Source: Nitrospirota bacterium (GTDB taxonomy: Bacteria > Nitrospirota > UBA9217). From it: a DNA stretch of 64,000 bases. The DNA is taken from positions 64,001-128,000 of the forward strand of contig CAVUCU010000004.1 in the NCBI GenBank assembly GCA_963740085.1, given 5' to 3'. The notes under the pieces were generated by a model, which worked only from the letters and a program-made list of their open reading frames with translations, had not been told where the DNA came from and ran no database searches. Below are positions 40,808-50,319 of this stretch, in pieces. The number at the start of each line of letters is the position of its first letter. Within the stretch, counting starts at the first letter, position 1. A program made the position numbers and the translations under genes.

Positions 40808-42466
40808 ATGAAACGGTTAATTATTATACTCTCGATGCTGGTTATTTCAGTTGCTATTCTGTTTGCCTCAAGCGGCGGAGGAGGCGGGGGCGGAGAAACA
40901 CCCCCAACTGGTGGAGGTACACCGCAGGGTGGAGGAGGAACAACGGGTCCCGGACTTTCAGCATCGCTCCAGCAAGGCACGTACTGGGAGTTCTTCTGGA
41001 CTACTGAATCAACGAACGCAAGCTCAGGAGGCACGACCTATAGTACAAATACAGGCCGTTTTACGGTTACCTTGGGGGCATCGGTAACCATCCAGGGCAT
41101 GCTGGTCTATCCTCTTGTCGTTAGCGGACAAACCGGCACCCCTGGCCCGGATTTCAAACCCCGGTGGACGCATGTCGGCTATTCCAGAGGTGCGCTGGTC
41201 GGGTCCACAAACGGATCTACGCTGACCACCATTCTTGATGCTTCAAAGACCTCCATGCTTGGCGGCGGATTTATCACGCAGTTCGATCCCGCAGAAACGA
41301 TCAGCATTAGTTCAGGAACCTTCTCGGGAAATTACAACCAGTTAAGCAGCATTATCGCAAGCCATGGCACGAGTAAAGGCGGTTGTCAATCGATCCTGGG
41401 CTACACGATCTGTAGCGATAGGCAAACAACATTCTCGGAGAATGAGTATTATAAGGATGGAGTCGGCCCTCTCGGCCTGAAGCGTGACATGTACTTCTCC
41501 TCCTGTGGAGGCGGTTTCTGTTCAGACCACTGGAACACGCACGTGGTCGAACTGGTCGGCACGTCGCTTACCCCTACAGATGGCAGCGTCATCAAACAAC
41601 CGCCATGGGCCGCGGTTAGGCCCTTGAACACGCCAAGAACGGAGCATTTAGCTGCGGCTTACAACGGAAAGATCTATGTCTTTGGTGGATATGATACTAA
41701 TAAAACGCATCTGACCAGCGTTGAAATCTATGATCCTGTTGCTAATACTTGGACGGCGGGTGCACCTATTCCAGACTCCAATCCTTACGCTGTGGCAAAG
41801 ATTGTCGACAGCAAGATCTATTTGATTCCGACGGTCGGTACTGCGATTCGTATATACGACCCCATTGGGAATAGCTGGTCTTCCGGAGCTGCAATGGCAT
41901 TCCATGATGCGTCCGTGGACGGAGATGTTTGGTCTGACGCGACCGGCACCTACATCGTAAATGCAACCCCTGATGGCGCTTCTTCGAACGTCCTCAAAAT
42001 CTATGCCTACCGGCCCAGTGACAATAGCTTGTGGTATGGCTCTGATCTATCACCTTACACTGACCATCGATGGGGCGCGGTCACCATCGTCGGGAATAAT
42101 CTGTACGTTATTGGAGGGTACCGTCAATATTTGTCCCCGAGTGTAGTCTATAAGAACACTCTTCTCTATGATCTCTCGACAGATACCTGGTATCAGGGTG
42201 TCGGTACTCTGAATGTTGCACGGTATTCGGCAAAAGCCGTTACTTTCAATGGAGCTGCGGTCGTGCTGGGTGGTGAGGATGTGGTCAAGGAGCTTCGTGA
42301 CGTTGAAACCTACAATGAGACGACCAAGACTTGGAGCAAGCTTCCGTCCATGCTCAAGGCGAGGTCGCATTTCGCCGCTGTGGTCATGAGCGGAAAGATC
42401 TACGTCATCGGGGGCACGGCGGGCGGCACCACGTTTGGAAATGTCGAGGCATATACGCCGAACTGA
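40808..42466 (+). CDS. Secreted Kelch-repeat beta-propeller protein
   Basis: Signal peptide plus poly-Gly; Kelch repeats (PRTEHLAAAYNGKIYVFGG, ARSHFAAVVMSGKIYVIGG). Confidence 0.85.
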   Translation: MKRLIIILSMLVISVAILFASSGGGGGGGETPPTGGGTPQGGGGTTGPGLSASLQQGTYWEFFWTTESTNASSGGTTYSTNTGRFTVTLGASVTIQGMLVYPLVVSGQTGTPGPDFKPRWTHVGYSRGALVGSTNGSTLTTILDASKTSMLGGGFITQFDPAETISISSGTFSGNYNQLSSIIASHGTSKGGCQSILGYTICSDRQTTFSENEYYKDGVGPLGLKRDMYFSSCGGGFCSDHWNTHVVELVGTSLTPTDGSVIKQPPWAAVRPLNTPRTEHLAAAYNGKIYVFGGYDTNKTHLTSVEIYDPVANTWTAGAPIPDSNPYAVAKIVDSKIYLIPTVGTAIRIYDPIGNSWSSGAAMAFHDASVDGDVWSDATGTYIVNATPDGASSNVLKIYAYRPSDNSLWYGSDLSPYTDHRWGAVTIVGNNLYVIGGYRQYLSPSVVYKNTLLYDLSTDTWYQGVGTLNVARYSAKAVTFNGAAVVLGGEDVVKELRDVETYNETTKTWSKLPSMLKARSHFAAVVMSGKIYVIGGTAGGTTFGNVEAYTPN

Positions 42467-42611
42467 TGCGTATCAGACAGGTGGCATATCAGCAGCCGCA
42501 GCGTAACGGGGGACTGTCCCGGAGTGCTCTGTCGCAGCAGCACCGCATGATTCCATCACACTGCGGCTTAGTAAGTATGGTTCTATGGATACTTCTGCTA
42601 AGGAGCGTATT

Positions 42612-44117
42612 ATGAAAACGCGAGAGCTCTCATTAATTGCCGCCTTAGTGGTCGTGTATCTGATGGGGGGAGTCGTGGCATATGGTGGCATTGGTCCGGT
42701 ATTGGACAAGATTTCTCCTTCCCTTGCCTATGATATTCAGAATAACCGATATCTCGCCGTGTATGAAAAAGACGTTTACATTAACGGGCAGCTCATTGAT
42801 GCAAATGGAACGCCATCCTCCGCTGAATTCGCTATTTCTGATCCTGCAATAAACCAACGCGGTTCCTCGGTGGCCTATGATGGGGTAAATGACAGGTTCA
42901 TCGTGGTGTGGGCGCGTTACGGCGCAGGTATCTACGGCCAACTCGTTAACGCAACAGGCGGTCTGATCGGCGGCAATTTTATCATAAGCGGTTATCAGAA
43001 CGTGGACAGGCCATCAGTTGCTTATGACAGTATCAATCGGACTTTTCTCGTTGTATGGGAAGACCCGCGCAACTCGACTGGATCCAATACGGACATTTAC
43101 GGTCAGATCGTGAACTCTGATGGAAGTCTTATTGGTGGCAACATAGCCGTCTCAACCGCCGTGAATCACCAATTCCATCCCTCAACAACCTATGACAGTG
43201 TTAATCAGAGATTCTTCGTGGTATGGATGGACAGCCGAATTACTGACTACGACCTCTACGGTCAGCTTGTGGACTATGGGGGAGCCCTGATCGGCTCTAA
43301 TTTTGTCGTCTCTGCCGCTCATGGCATTATGACGGATCCTGTTGTTGTTTATGATGTCACTCATCAGAAGTATCTCGTCGCATGGTCTGACGATCGAGAT
43401 CTTGCATCCACGGGATACAATATTTATGGTCAAATAGTCAACGCAGACGGTATCGTGAGCAGCGATAGCTTCACGATCTCGAACGCCGAGGGCGATCAAT
43501 CTTCCCCTGCGGTGGCTTTCGATGCCGCAACCAATACGTTCATGGTGGCATGGCAGGATGATCGAATGGCTGGTAGTTCGGGATCTGACATATACGGGCA
43601 ATTTGTGGATTCGGGCGGAGGATTGGTTGGAACGAATTTCTCGGTAAACAGCGCAGCCGGAAATCAACGTTATCCTATGGTTGCCTATAATTCTATTGCG
43701 AAAAATTTCATGGTCGCCTCTGAAAACCGGAGCGTTGCACCGGCTGATCTTTCTTTTGATCTTGTCGGCAGCGCAGCCTTGAATAATACCGCTCTAGACG
43801 AAGGGGGTGGAGGAGGGGGAGGCTGCTTCATCGCAACCGCAGCATACGGCAGTTCAATGGCCGAGGAGGTAAGGGTTCTTCGGGAGTTCAGGGATAATTA
43901 TCTCCTTACCAATGCGGTGGGCCGAGCATTCGTAAAGCTCTATTACCAATACTCACCTGCACCAGCGGAGTATATTGCCCGCCATGAGTTGCTCAGGACA
44001 GCCACAAGGTTAGCTCTAACGCCCGTCGTGTTCGGCGTCAGGCAACCTGTAGCTGTACTGCTTGTAATCACGGGTATCACTATCGTGTTTGTGAAAAGAT
44101 CGAGGATAGCTCGATAG
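42612..44117 (+). CDS. Secreted repeat (beta-propeller-like) protein with CFI-box-CTERM
   Basis: ~55-aa repeats PxVAYD...FxVVWxDxR...DIYGQxV; C-terminal [16 protein letters not shown]...LREFRD...YY.YSP plus TM and basic tail. Confidence 0.85.
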   Translation: MKTRELSLIAALVVVYLMGGVVAYGGIGPVLDKISPSLAYDIQNNRYLAVYEKDVYINGQLIDANGTPSSAEFAISDPAINQRGSSVAYDGVNDRFIVVWARYGAGIYGQLVNATGGLIGGNFIISGYQNVDRPSVAYDSINRTFLVVWEDPRNSTGSNTDIYGQIVNSDGSLIGGNIAVSTAVNHQFHPSTTYDSVNQRFFVVWMDSRITDYDLYGQLVDYGGALIGSNFVVSAAHGIMTDPVVVYDVTHQKYLVAWSDDRDLASTGYNIYGQIVNADGIVSSDSFTISNAEGDQSSPAVAFDAATNTFMVAWQDDRMAGSSGSDIYGQFVDSGGGLVGTNFSVNSAAGNQRYPMVAYNSIAKNFMVASENRSVAPADLSFDLVGSAALNNTALDEGGGGGGGCFIATAAYGSSMAEEVRVLREFRDNYLLTNAVGRAFVKLYYQYSPAPAEYIARHELLRTATRLALTPVVFGVRQPVAVLLVITGITIVFVKRSRIAR

Positions 44118-44132
44118 ATAAGGAGGATCGTC

Positions 44133-45944
44133 ATGAAAAGGGGAAGGCTGTTACTTATCACTGTTCTTCTGTCGTTTTTTACGGCGGTGTCGCTGGTTAA
44201 CTGCGGTGGAGGTGGCGGAGGAGGTGGTGGAGGTACTCCACCACCTCCCGTATCCAGTAATGCTAACCTTGCATCGCTCACTGCTTCTCATGGATTAGTG
44301 AACCCGTCTTTTGATCCCGCAACGACGGTATATGCCTCCATGTTCATTGGGCAGACGTCGATCACTATTACGCCTACAGCGGCGGATGCAGGTGCAACGA
44401 TCACGGTCAATGGGGCAGCCGTGGCATCGGGACATCAGTCTCAAGCCATTTCACTGAATCCCGGTCAGAACACGGTAACCGTTGCTGTGACTGCGGCAGA
44501 CGGGGTGACGACGAAGAACTATACGATCACCGCGAATTTGCTGTCGCAGGAAGCATACGCCAAGGCATCCAATACCGATGCACCTGATCTGTTTGGCTGG
44601 AGCGTAGCCCTATCGGGAGATACTCTCGCGGTAGGTGCAGTTTGGGAGGCGAGCAACGCTACAGGGATTGACGGTGATCAGTCTGACAATACTGAATGGC
44701 AGACCGGAGCGGTGTATGTTTTTATCCGTAGCGGATCGACGTGGACCCAGCAGGCATATATCAAGGCGTCTAACAGCGGTGGATTAGACTGGTTTGGATA
44801 CAGCATGTCCCTGGAGGGTGATACTCTCGCCGTAGGGTCTCCTTGGGAGGGCAGCAGCAACGGCAACCAGGGAGACAATAGTGCATCCGGGAGCGGGGCG
44901 GTGTATGTGTTCACCCGAAATGGTACGACCTGGACCCAGCAGGCGTATATCAAGGCATCGAACATCGATGCCGACGATAATTTCGGCTATAGCGTATCTC
45001 TCTCGGGAGACACGCTTGCCGTAGGCGCGCCTGAAGAAGACAGCAATGCTAAAGGTGTCAACGGCGACGAGAACGATAATAGTGCACCCGTGAGCGGCGC
45101 GGTGTATGTGTTCACCCGCACCGGTACGACATGGAACCAGCAGTCATATATCAAAGCATCGAATACTGATGCATATGACTGGTTTGGCTACAGCGTATCC
45201 CTCTCGGGTAATACGCTTGCTGTCGGGGCGCCTGAAGAAGCAAGCAATGCCCAAGGTATAAACGGCGACCAGGCGGATAATAGTGCAATTTATAGCGGGG
45301 CTGCATATGTGTTCATCCGGACCGGAGCGACTTGGACCCAGCAGGCGTACATCAAGGCATCGAACAGCATGGAAGGCGCCTGGTTTGGCCGGAGTCTATC
45401 TCTCTCGGGTGACACACTCGCCGTAGCGGCGCCTGATGAAAGCGGCGGTTCCACGGGGATCAATGGCGATCAGACGGTTAACGGCGCAACATCTATGAGC
45501 GGGGCGGTATATGTATTCACCCGGACCGGGGTGACCTGGACCCAGCAGGCCTATATCAAGGCATCGAATACTGGTCAAACCGATACGTTTGGCATAAGTG
45601 TGTGCCTTTCGGGTGACAGCCTCGCTGTCGGTGCTCCTAATGAAGCCAGTGTCGCAAAAGGGATCGGTGGTGATCAGGCAGATAACAGCGGGGTCGGGGC
45701 GGGAGCTGCTTATTTGTTCACCCGGACCGGCACGACCTGGACCCAGCAGGCGTATATCAAGGCATCGAACACCGATGCACGTGATACCTTTGGATTTAGT
45801 GTTGCCCTTTCAGGTGACACGCTTGCTGTTGGAGCACCTGACGAAGGCAGCAATGCTAAAGGAATCAACGGCGACCAGACGGACAACAGCGCTTTCATTA
45901 GCGGTACTGGCCAAGGGGCTGGAGCGGCATACATTTTGCGCTAG
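44133..45944 (+). CDS. Lipoprotein with cadherin-like beta-sandwich and FG-GAP (integrin-alpha-like) repeats
   Basis: Lipobox LVNC-G10; NANLASL...VTAADGVTTKNYTI; about seven FGxSVSLSGDTLAVGAP...GAVYVF...WTQQAYIKASN repeats. Confidence 0.88.
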   Translation: MKRGRLLLITVLLSFFTAVSLVNCGGGGGGGGGGTPPPPVSSNANLASLTASHGLVNPSFDPATTVYASMFIGQTSITITPTAADAGATITVNGAAVASGHQSQAISLNPGQNTVTVAVTAADGVTTKNYTITANLLSQEAYAKASNTDAPDLFGWSVALSGDTLAVGAVWEASNATGIDGDQSDNTEWQTGAVYVFIRSGSTWTQQAYIKASNSGGLDWFGYSMSLEGDTLAVGSPWEGSSNGNQGDNSASGSGAVYVFTRNGTTWTQQAYIKASNIDADDNFGYSVSLSGDTLAVGAPEEDSNAKGVNGDENDNSAPVSGAVYVFTRTGTTWNQQSYIKASNTDAYDWFGYSVSLSGNTLAVGAPEEASNAQGINGDQADNSAIYSGAAYVFIRTGATWTQQAYIKASNSMEGAWFGRSLSLSGDTLAVAAPDESGGSTGINGDQTVNGATSMSGAVYVFTRTGVTWTQQAYIKASNTGQTDTFGISVCLSGDSLAVGAPNEASVAKGIGGDQADNSGVGAGAAYLFTRTGTTWTQQAYIKASNTDARDTFGFSVALSGDTLAVGAPDEGSNAKGINGDQTDNSAFISGTGQGAGAAYILR

Positions 45945-46004
45945 CGATGAAGGAGTGCGATTGCATGTAAGAAGCGGATAATGAATTGCGTGCGGTTAGT
46001 GCTG

Positions 46005-46036
46005 GAGGAGAGAACGACCCGTTCTCTCCTCTTTTT
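46005..46036 (+). terminator. Rho-independent terminator of the surface-protein operon
   Basis: GAGGAGAGAACG-ACC-CGTTCTCTCCTC-TTTT. Confidence 0.8.
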
Positions 46037-47102
46037 ATGATGAGGGGATGGAGAAATTTGACAAAGCCCGGAGCTGGCCGCAGGCGGCGTGGATATCGCG
46101 GCCGCGGCTGTTCCTGACGACGGCCACGTAACCGTTGTTCACGAGGGTGTCCCTGAAAAAGAAGGCACGCTCTTCATCAGGGCGATCATAAGAGGAGCCG
46201 GTGAAGGGATTAAAGAGCAGGATGTTGATCATGCAGGGCAGGTCCCGCAGTACCTCCATAAGCCGCTTCACCTCATCGGATGAATCATTTATTCCCTTAA
46301 AAAGCACATACTCGATCGTCACGGTCCTGCCGGTCGTATCGCAGTAATACCGCACTGCCTGCATCAGCCGCGCGAGAGGATATGTCTTGTTGACCGGCAT
46401 TATTTTGTCCCGCATCTCGTTGGTCGTGGCATTCAGCGACACGGCGAGGCTCACATCCACCCCGTCATCCGCGAGTTTCTCGATCATCGGAGCGAGTCCG
46501 CAGGTCGAGAGCGTCACCTTCCGGGGCGAGAACCCCATCCCGTTCCTGTCCGTGGCGATCTCGATGAACGATCTGACTGCCTCATAATTGCTGAGCGGCT
46601 CTCCCGTGCCCATGAGAACAATGTTCGAGATCGTTTTTTTGTCAACGATGTGTCCCGCGGCAAAGACCTGGTTCACGATCTCCGAGACCGTGAGGTTCCG
46701 CACGAGTCCGCCCGAGCCGGTGAGGCAGAAGCCGCAGCCCGAAGCGCAGCCTACCTGTGAAGAGACGCAGAGCGTAAGCCGTCCTCCCGGGCCGGGGATG
46801 AGCACTCCTTCAACGGCATTCCCGTCACTCAGCCGATAGAGCAGTTCACGGGTCCCGTCCCCGGAGGCGCTGCACTGTTCAATGGTGAGTGTGGATATCG
46901 AAGCATGTCGCTTCAGGTCTTCGCGGAACGGACTGTTCAGATCGGTCATCGCATCGAAATCCTCTACCTTTCTGCGATAGAGCCACACGGCGGCGCGGAG
47001 GCCCTGGCCGGGTTTCCGGCCCAACCTGTTTGTACAAAACCGGTCGATCTCGCGGGGAGTGAGACCTTTAAGGTCGATGATTGTATCGGGTTGATTATTC
47101 AT
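46035..47102 (-). CDS. rlmN: RlmN/Cfr-family radical-SAM RNA methyltransferase
   Basis: TLCVSSQVGCASGCGFC, MGTGEPL, AVSLNA, EYVL, AACGQL. Confidence 0.85.
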   Translation of the reverse strand: MNNQPDTIIDLKGLTPREIDRFCTNRLGRKPGQGLRAAVWLYRRKVEDFDAMTDLNSPFREDLKRHASISTLTIEQCSASGDGTRELLYRLSDGNAVEGVLIPGPGGRLTLCVSSQVGCASGCGFCLTGSGGLVRNLTVSEIVNQVFAAGHIVDKKTISNIVLMGTGEPLSNYEAVRSFIEIATDRNGMGFSPRKVTLSTCGLAPMIEKLADDGVDVSLAVSLNATTNEMRDKIMPVNKTYPLARLMQAVRYYCDTTGRTVTIEYVLFKGINDSSDEVKRLMEVLRDLPCMINILLFNPFTGSSYDRPDEERAFFFRDTLVNNGYVAVVRNSRGRDIHAACGQLRALSNFSIPSS

Positions 47103-47175
47103 GGTTAAGACTTTTCGTCGGATCATGGCAACAAATGGCGGACAGTTTACTGTCGCTCATGACAACTCAAAAGAT

Positions 47176-47215
47176 TAAGGAGAAAGGGGGAAATTGGGGA
47201 GAAACGGAGATAAAG
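47176..47215. repeat. Downstream ~9-mer arm flanking the GxxExxY gene
   Basis: TAAGGAGAAAGGGGGAAATTGGGGAGAAACGGAGATAAAG; the first 13 nt are perfectly complementary to 47662-47674. Confidence 0.75.
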
Positions 47216-47275
47216 TCTGGAAAAATGAACCGGGTTTAGTATCATCAAATATCTTCCAATCGGCTCCCCTTCGAC

Positions 47276-47656
47276 CTATTTTTTCACTAATTCAACCCTT
47301 CTCACATCAAGGGTAAAATCTGAAAAATTGACCAACAGGCCGACTTCTTTTTGCAAAGCTTTCAAATATGACCTCACTTGTGCATAGTATTTCTTACTTA
47401 AACCTTCTACTGTTTTTAGCTCAACTACGATATCACCTTCAATCAATAGGTCGATTTTATGACTTCCAACTTGAATATCACAATATCTAACCCTGACTTC
47501 CTTCTCTGATTCAAAGACAATTTTTTGTTTCTCAAGTTCAATCTTCAAGGCATTATGATAAATGCTTTCTAAAAAACCTGGACCTAATTCCTTGTGTACA
47601 ATTATACAAGCGTTGATAATTTTATCCGTTAAGTCCTCTTTTCCCCATTTCTCCAT
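47276..47656 (-). CDS. GxxExxY protein (TIGR04256, PD-(D/E)xK-like)
   Basis: VHKELGPGFLESIY, IDLLIE..IVVELK, AQVRSYLK, GLLVNF; visibly AT-rich. Confidence 0.92.
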   Translation of the reverse strand: MEKWGKEDLTDKIINACIIVHKELGPGFLESIYHNALKIELEKQKIVFESEKEVRVRYCDIQVGSHKIDLLIEGDIVVELKTVEGLSKKYYAQVRSYLKALQKEVGLLVNFSDFTLDVRRVELVKK

Positions 47657-47676
47657 CTTCTCCCTTTCTCCTTATC
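47637..47676. repeat. Upstream ~9-mer arm containing the GxxExxY SD and start codon
   Basis: Minus strand GATAAGGAGAAAGGGAGAAG-ATG-GAGAAATGGGGAAAAGA. Confidence 0.75.
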
Positions 47677-47773
47677 GTTTTACAACTGATTTTAATCTGT
47701 GCCATCAAACATTGCAAGCGGATTGTTCGAAAATCAATTGACATCCCTGTCGGGAACATGCTAAGAATTGCCC

Positions 47774-48220
47774 ATGAAAGCATTGCTCCAGCGGGTATCA
47801 TCCGCGCATGTTGAGATCGAGGGAACCACGGTCGGTGGAATCGGGAAGGGGCTCCTGGTTTTTCTCTGTGCGGTCAAGGGGGATACGGGAAAAGACCTTG
47901 AGTACGTGGCCAGGAAGGTGTCATCGCTCAGGATCTTTGAAGACGAGCAGGGAAAGATGAACCGGTCCGTTACGGATATTAGCGGCGAAGTGCTTGTCGT
48001 CTCGCAGTTCACGCTTGCGGCGTCAACGCGAAAGGGAAACCGGCCTTCTTTCGACAATGCCGAGGCACCGGAACTGGCAAAGAGGATGTATGATTTTTTC
48101 GTCAACCGGCTTCGCGACATGGGCATCCCTGTCCAAACAGGCACATTCGCAGCAATGATGCGGGTATTTCTCGTAAATGATGGTCCGGTGACGATTTCCC
48201 TCGACTCCCGGGAGGATTAA
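47774..48220 (+). CDS. dtd: D-aminoacyl-tRNA deacylase
   Basis: [26 protein letters not shown]. Confidence 0.96.
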   Translation: MKALLQRVSSAHVEIEGTTVGGIGKGLLVFLCAVKGDTGKDLEYVARKVSSLRIFEDEQGKMNRSVTDISGEVLVVSQFTLAASTRKGNRPSFDNAEAPELAKRMYDFFVNRLRDMGIPVQTGTFAAMMRVFLVNDGPVTISLDSRED

Positions 48221-48224
48221 CATC

Positions 48225-49070
48225 ATGCGGCGTATATTAATTAGGGGAAGTTTCTGGTTCTGGATGCTGGTCCTTCTCGCGTTACAGACGGGATGCACCT
48301 ACATGTTTTTTAAACCGTCAAAAGAATTTGTCATGAGTTCCGAAGTCCTCAGGTATTCACCCCAGGATGTCTATTTCAAGTCTTCTGACGGGGTGACCCT
48401 CCACGGATGGTATTTCAGGGCCAAGGAGGAGCACGGCACCATCCTCATCTGCCACGGCAATGTGGAAAACCTCAGCACTCATGTAAAGCTCGACCTGTGG
48501 CTGATCGACGCGGGCTATAATCTCTTCATCTTCGATTACCGCGGGTACGGAAGGTCGGAGGGGTCGCCGGATGTTCAGGGGATCAATCGGGATGCCGAGG
48601 CGGCGCTCGAAACACTTCTTTTTACACTGCCGCGCACGAAAGACGGCAGGATCATCGTCTTCGGGAAAAGCCTCGGCGGCGCCGTGGCTGTGTACACGGT
48701 TGCGAATTCACCGTATAAGGACCGCGTGAAGGCGCTCATCCTGGACAGCGCATTCTCGAGTTATCGCGCCATAGCGCGGGAAAAGATCGCAGACTCCGTC
48801 ATCGGCTGGCCGTTTCAGTACCCGCTTTCCTGGCTGGTCGACGACGACTTCAGCCCGATAAGATATATCAAGAGGATCACGCCTGTGCCCCTCGTTATTA
48901 TCCAGGGGAAGGCCGATGATATCGTGCCCGAACATCATGGACGTATCCTGTACGATGCCGCCCTGTTGCCCAAGGAATTCTGGGAGCCGGCAGTCCCCGG
49001 TCATGTGAAGGCACAGGCTGATGAAGGCACGAGGAAAAAGCTGTTGGACTATCTCACCAGGCTGCCATAA
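48225..49070 (+). CDS. Alpha/beta hydrolase, probable lipoprotein
   Basis: LQTGC leader, HGN, DYRGYG, GKSLGG nucleophile elbow, DDIVP, GH. Confidence 0.88.
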   Translation: MRRILIRGSFWFWMLVLLALQTGCTYMFFKPSKEFVMSSEVLRYSPQDVYFKSSDGVTLHGWYFRAKEEHGTILICHGNVENLSTHVKLDLWLIDAGYNLFIFDYRGYGRSEGSPDVQGINRDAEAALETLLFTLPRTKDGRIIVFGKSLGGAVAVYTVANSPYKDRVKALILDSAFSSYRAIAREKIADSVIGWPFQYPLSWLVDDDFSPIRYIKRITPVPLVIIQGKADDIVPEHHGRILYDAALLPKEFWEPAVPGHVKAQADEGTRKKLLDYLTRLP

Positions 49071-49162
49071 TAATCGAAGAAATCGAATACGTGTCAACGC
49101 AATTTAACTGCATCTGGGGTCTGCCGAGACGTGACAATCCCCACGCGCGGGGAAAAACTTCC

Positions 49163-49191
49163 TTGACAATCGCGGACTTTCACCTTATTAT
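49163..49191 (+). promoter_or_regulatory. sigma70 promoter of tRNA-Leu
   Basis: TTGACA, 17-nt spacer, TATTAT. Confidence 0.75.
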
Positions 49192-49200
49192 GTCAGCCGT

Positions 49201-49287
49201 GCCGAAGTGGTGGAACTGGTAGACGCGCTGCGTTCAGGGCGCAGTGGGAGCAATCCCGTGGGGGTTCGAGTCCCCCCTCCGGCACCA
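49201..49287 (+). tRNA. tRNA-Leu(CAG)
   Basis: Anticodon arm CTGCG-TTCAGGG-CGCAG, long variable arm GGGA-GCAA-TCCC, GGTTCGAGTCC T arm, encoded CCA; one A-C mismatch in the acceptor stem. Confidence 0.96.
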
Positions 49288-49591
49288 TATTTGACAAACA
49301 CGACTTTTGGGCTCAATTCCCGGAATGAGGTACTCAACTTCATGGGAACGCGGAAAGTCGAAAGAAATAGCAGCGTGCAACACCTTCTGCCCGTATTACC
49401 TCGATTTTGTCCAAGAAGGAACCTATTGCCTTTTTTTGTTCTCCCGGGTCTCGCTTCCTCAAAACCATTCCGATTTTTTATCAGATAACCTTACCGCTCG
49501 TATCCTTCGCAGGAAAAGGGGAGAGCAAGTCTTGTATGTGAGATATCCGGCATTCACAGACGTCTTGCATGAGGAAGGAACGTTAGGGCTG

Positions 49592-50242
49592 TTATCGTCT
49601 TATAGCAAGGCGTTGCCCCAGATCAAAGGCTTTCTGACAGTCAATTGGGAATATTTCCTTACGTCTCAAAGCCTTCTTCTCAGGGTCAAAATGCTCCATG
49701 ATGACCTTTGAATAGTCAGGAAACTGATACGTGTCATAGGAGCACAAGGTTTCGGCCTCGCCGAAGATCCTCTTTAAAGATGCTTCGGTGGCGCTCATCA
49801 TTGCTTGGTAGCCGATCTGCTTGCTCATTTCCTCGGGAACGTTCATCGTGTAGATCATCGCCGTCCGCAGTTTGCGCGGGAAGAGGGACCGTGAAGGCTG
49901 AGAATACACGAGAGGGGCAAAGAGAAGACGTTCCATGCATGATTTCAGCTCTCCGGACATGGACCCGAAGTATACCGGGGTTCCCAGCACCACTGCGTCG
50001 GCCTGGTCTTCGATCCGTTTTAAAACGGGGGTGAGCTCATCTTTCATGGCGCATTGCCCCTTGTTGGGCGAGTCGATCAATTTACACGCGAAACAACTTG
50101 TGCAGCCTTTGAAGGTGAGGTCATAGAGATGGATCAGTTCCGTTACCGCTCCGGCGGCCTGTGCCCCTTCAATGGTTTTTTCCAGCAGCGTTGCGGTATT
50201 CCAGCTCTTTCTCGGACTACCGTTGATGGCGATCAGTTTCAT
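49592..50242 (-). CDS. Flavodoxin-family / iron-sulfur flavoprotein
   Basis: INGSPRKSWNT, GCTSCFAC...C, GTPVYFG. Confidence 0.88.
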   Translation of the reverse strand: MKLIAINGSPRKSWNTATLLEKTIEGAQAAGAVTELIHLYDLTFKGCTSCFACKLIDSPNKGQCAMKDELTPVLKRIEDQADAVVLGTPVYFGSMSGELKSCMERLLFAPLVYSQPSRSLFPRKLRTAMIYTMNVPEEMSKQIGYQAMMSATEASLKRIFGEAETLCSYDTYQFPDYSKVIMEHFDPEKKALRRKEIFPIDCQKAFDLGQRLAIRR

Positions 50243-50319
50243 GTTGGATCAGCTCCTTATAGTGAACGACAGCAATGCCTATTGCATGGTTCCAGTTAGT
50301 GACCGGATGGTTCTTGTTC

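Noticed and set aside
44540-45800. Near-identical DNA repeats TGGACCCAGCAGGC.TATATCAAGGCATCGAA as a CRISPR or DGR template/variable pair
   Set aside because: They are in-frame FG-GAP protein repeats, the differences are not adenine-specific, and no reverse transcriptase is present.
49205-49280. A-C mismatch in the tRNA-Leu acceptor stem as proof that the 3' end was replaced by an incoming attP
   Set aside because: The most distal copy (61931-61949) also carries CTCCGGC, so the mismatch does not distinguish native from incoming sequence.
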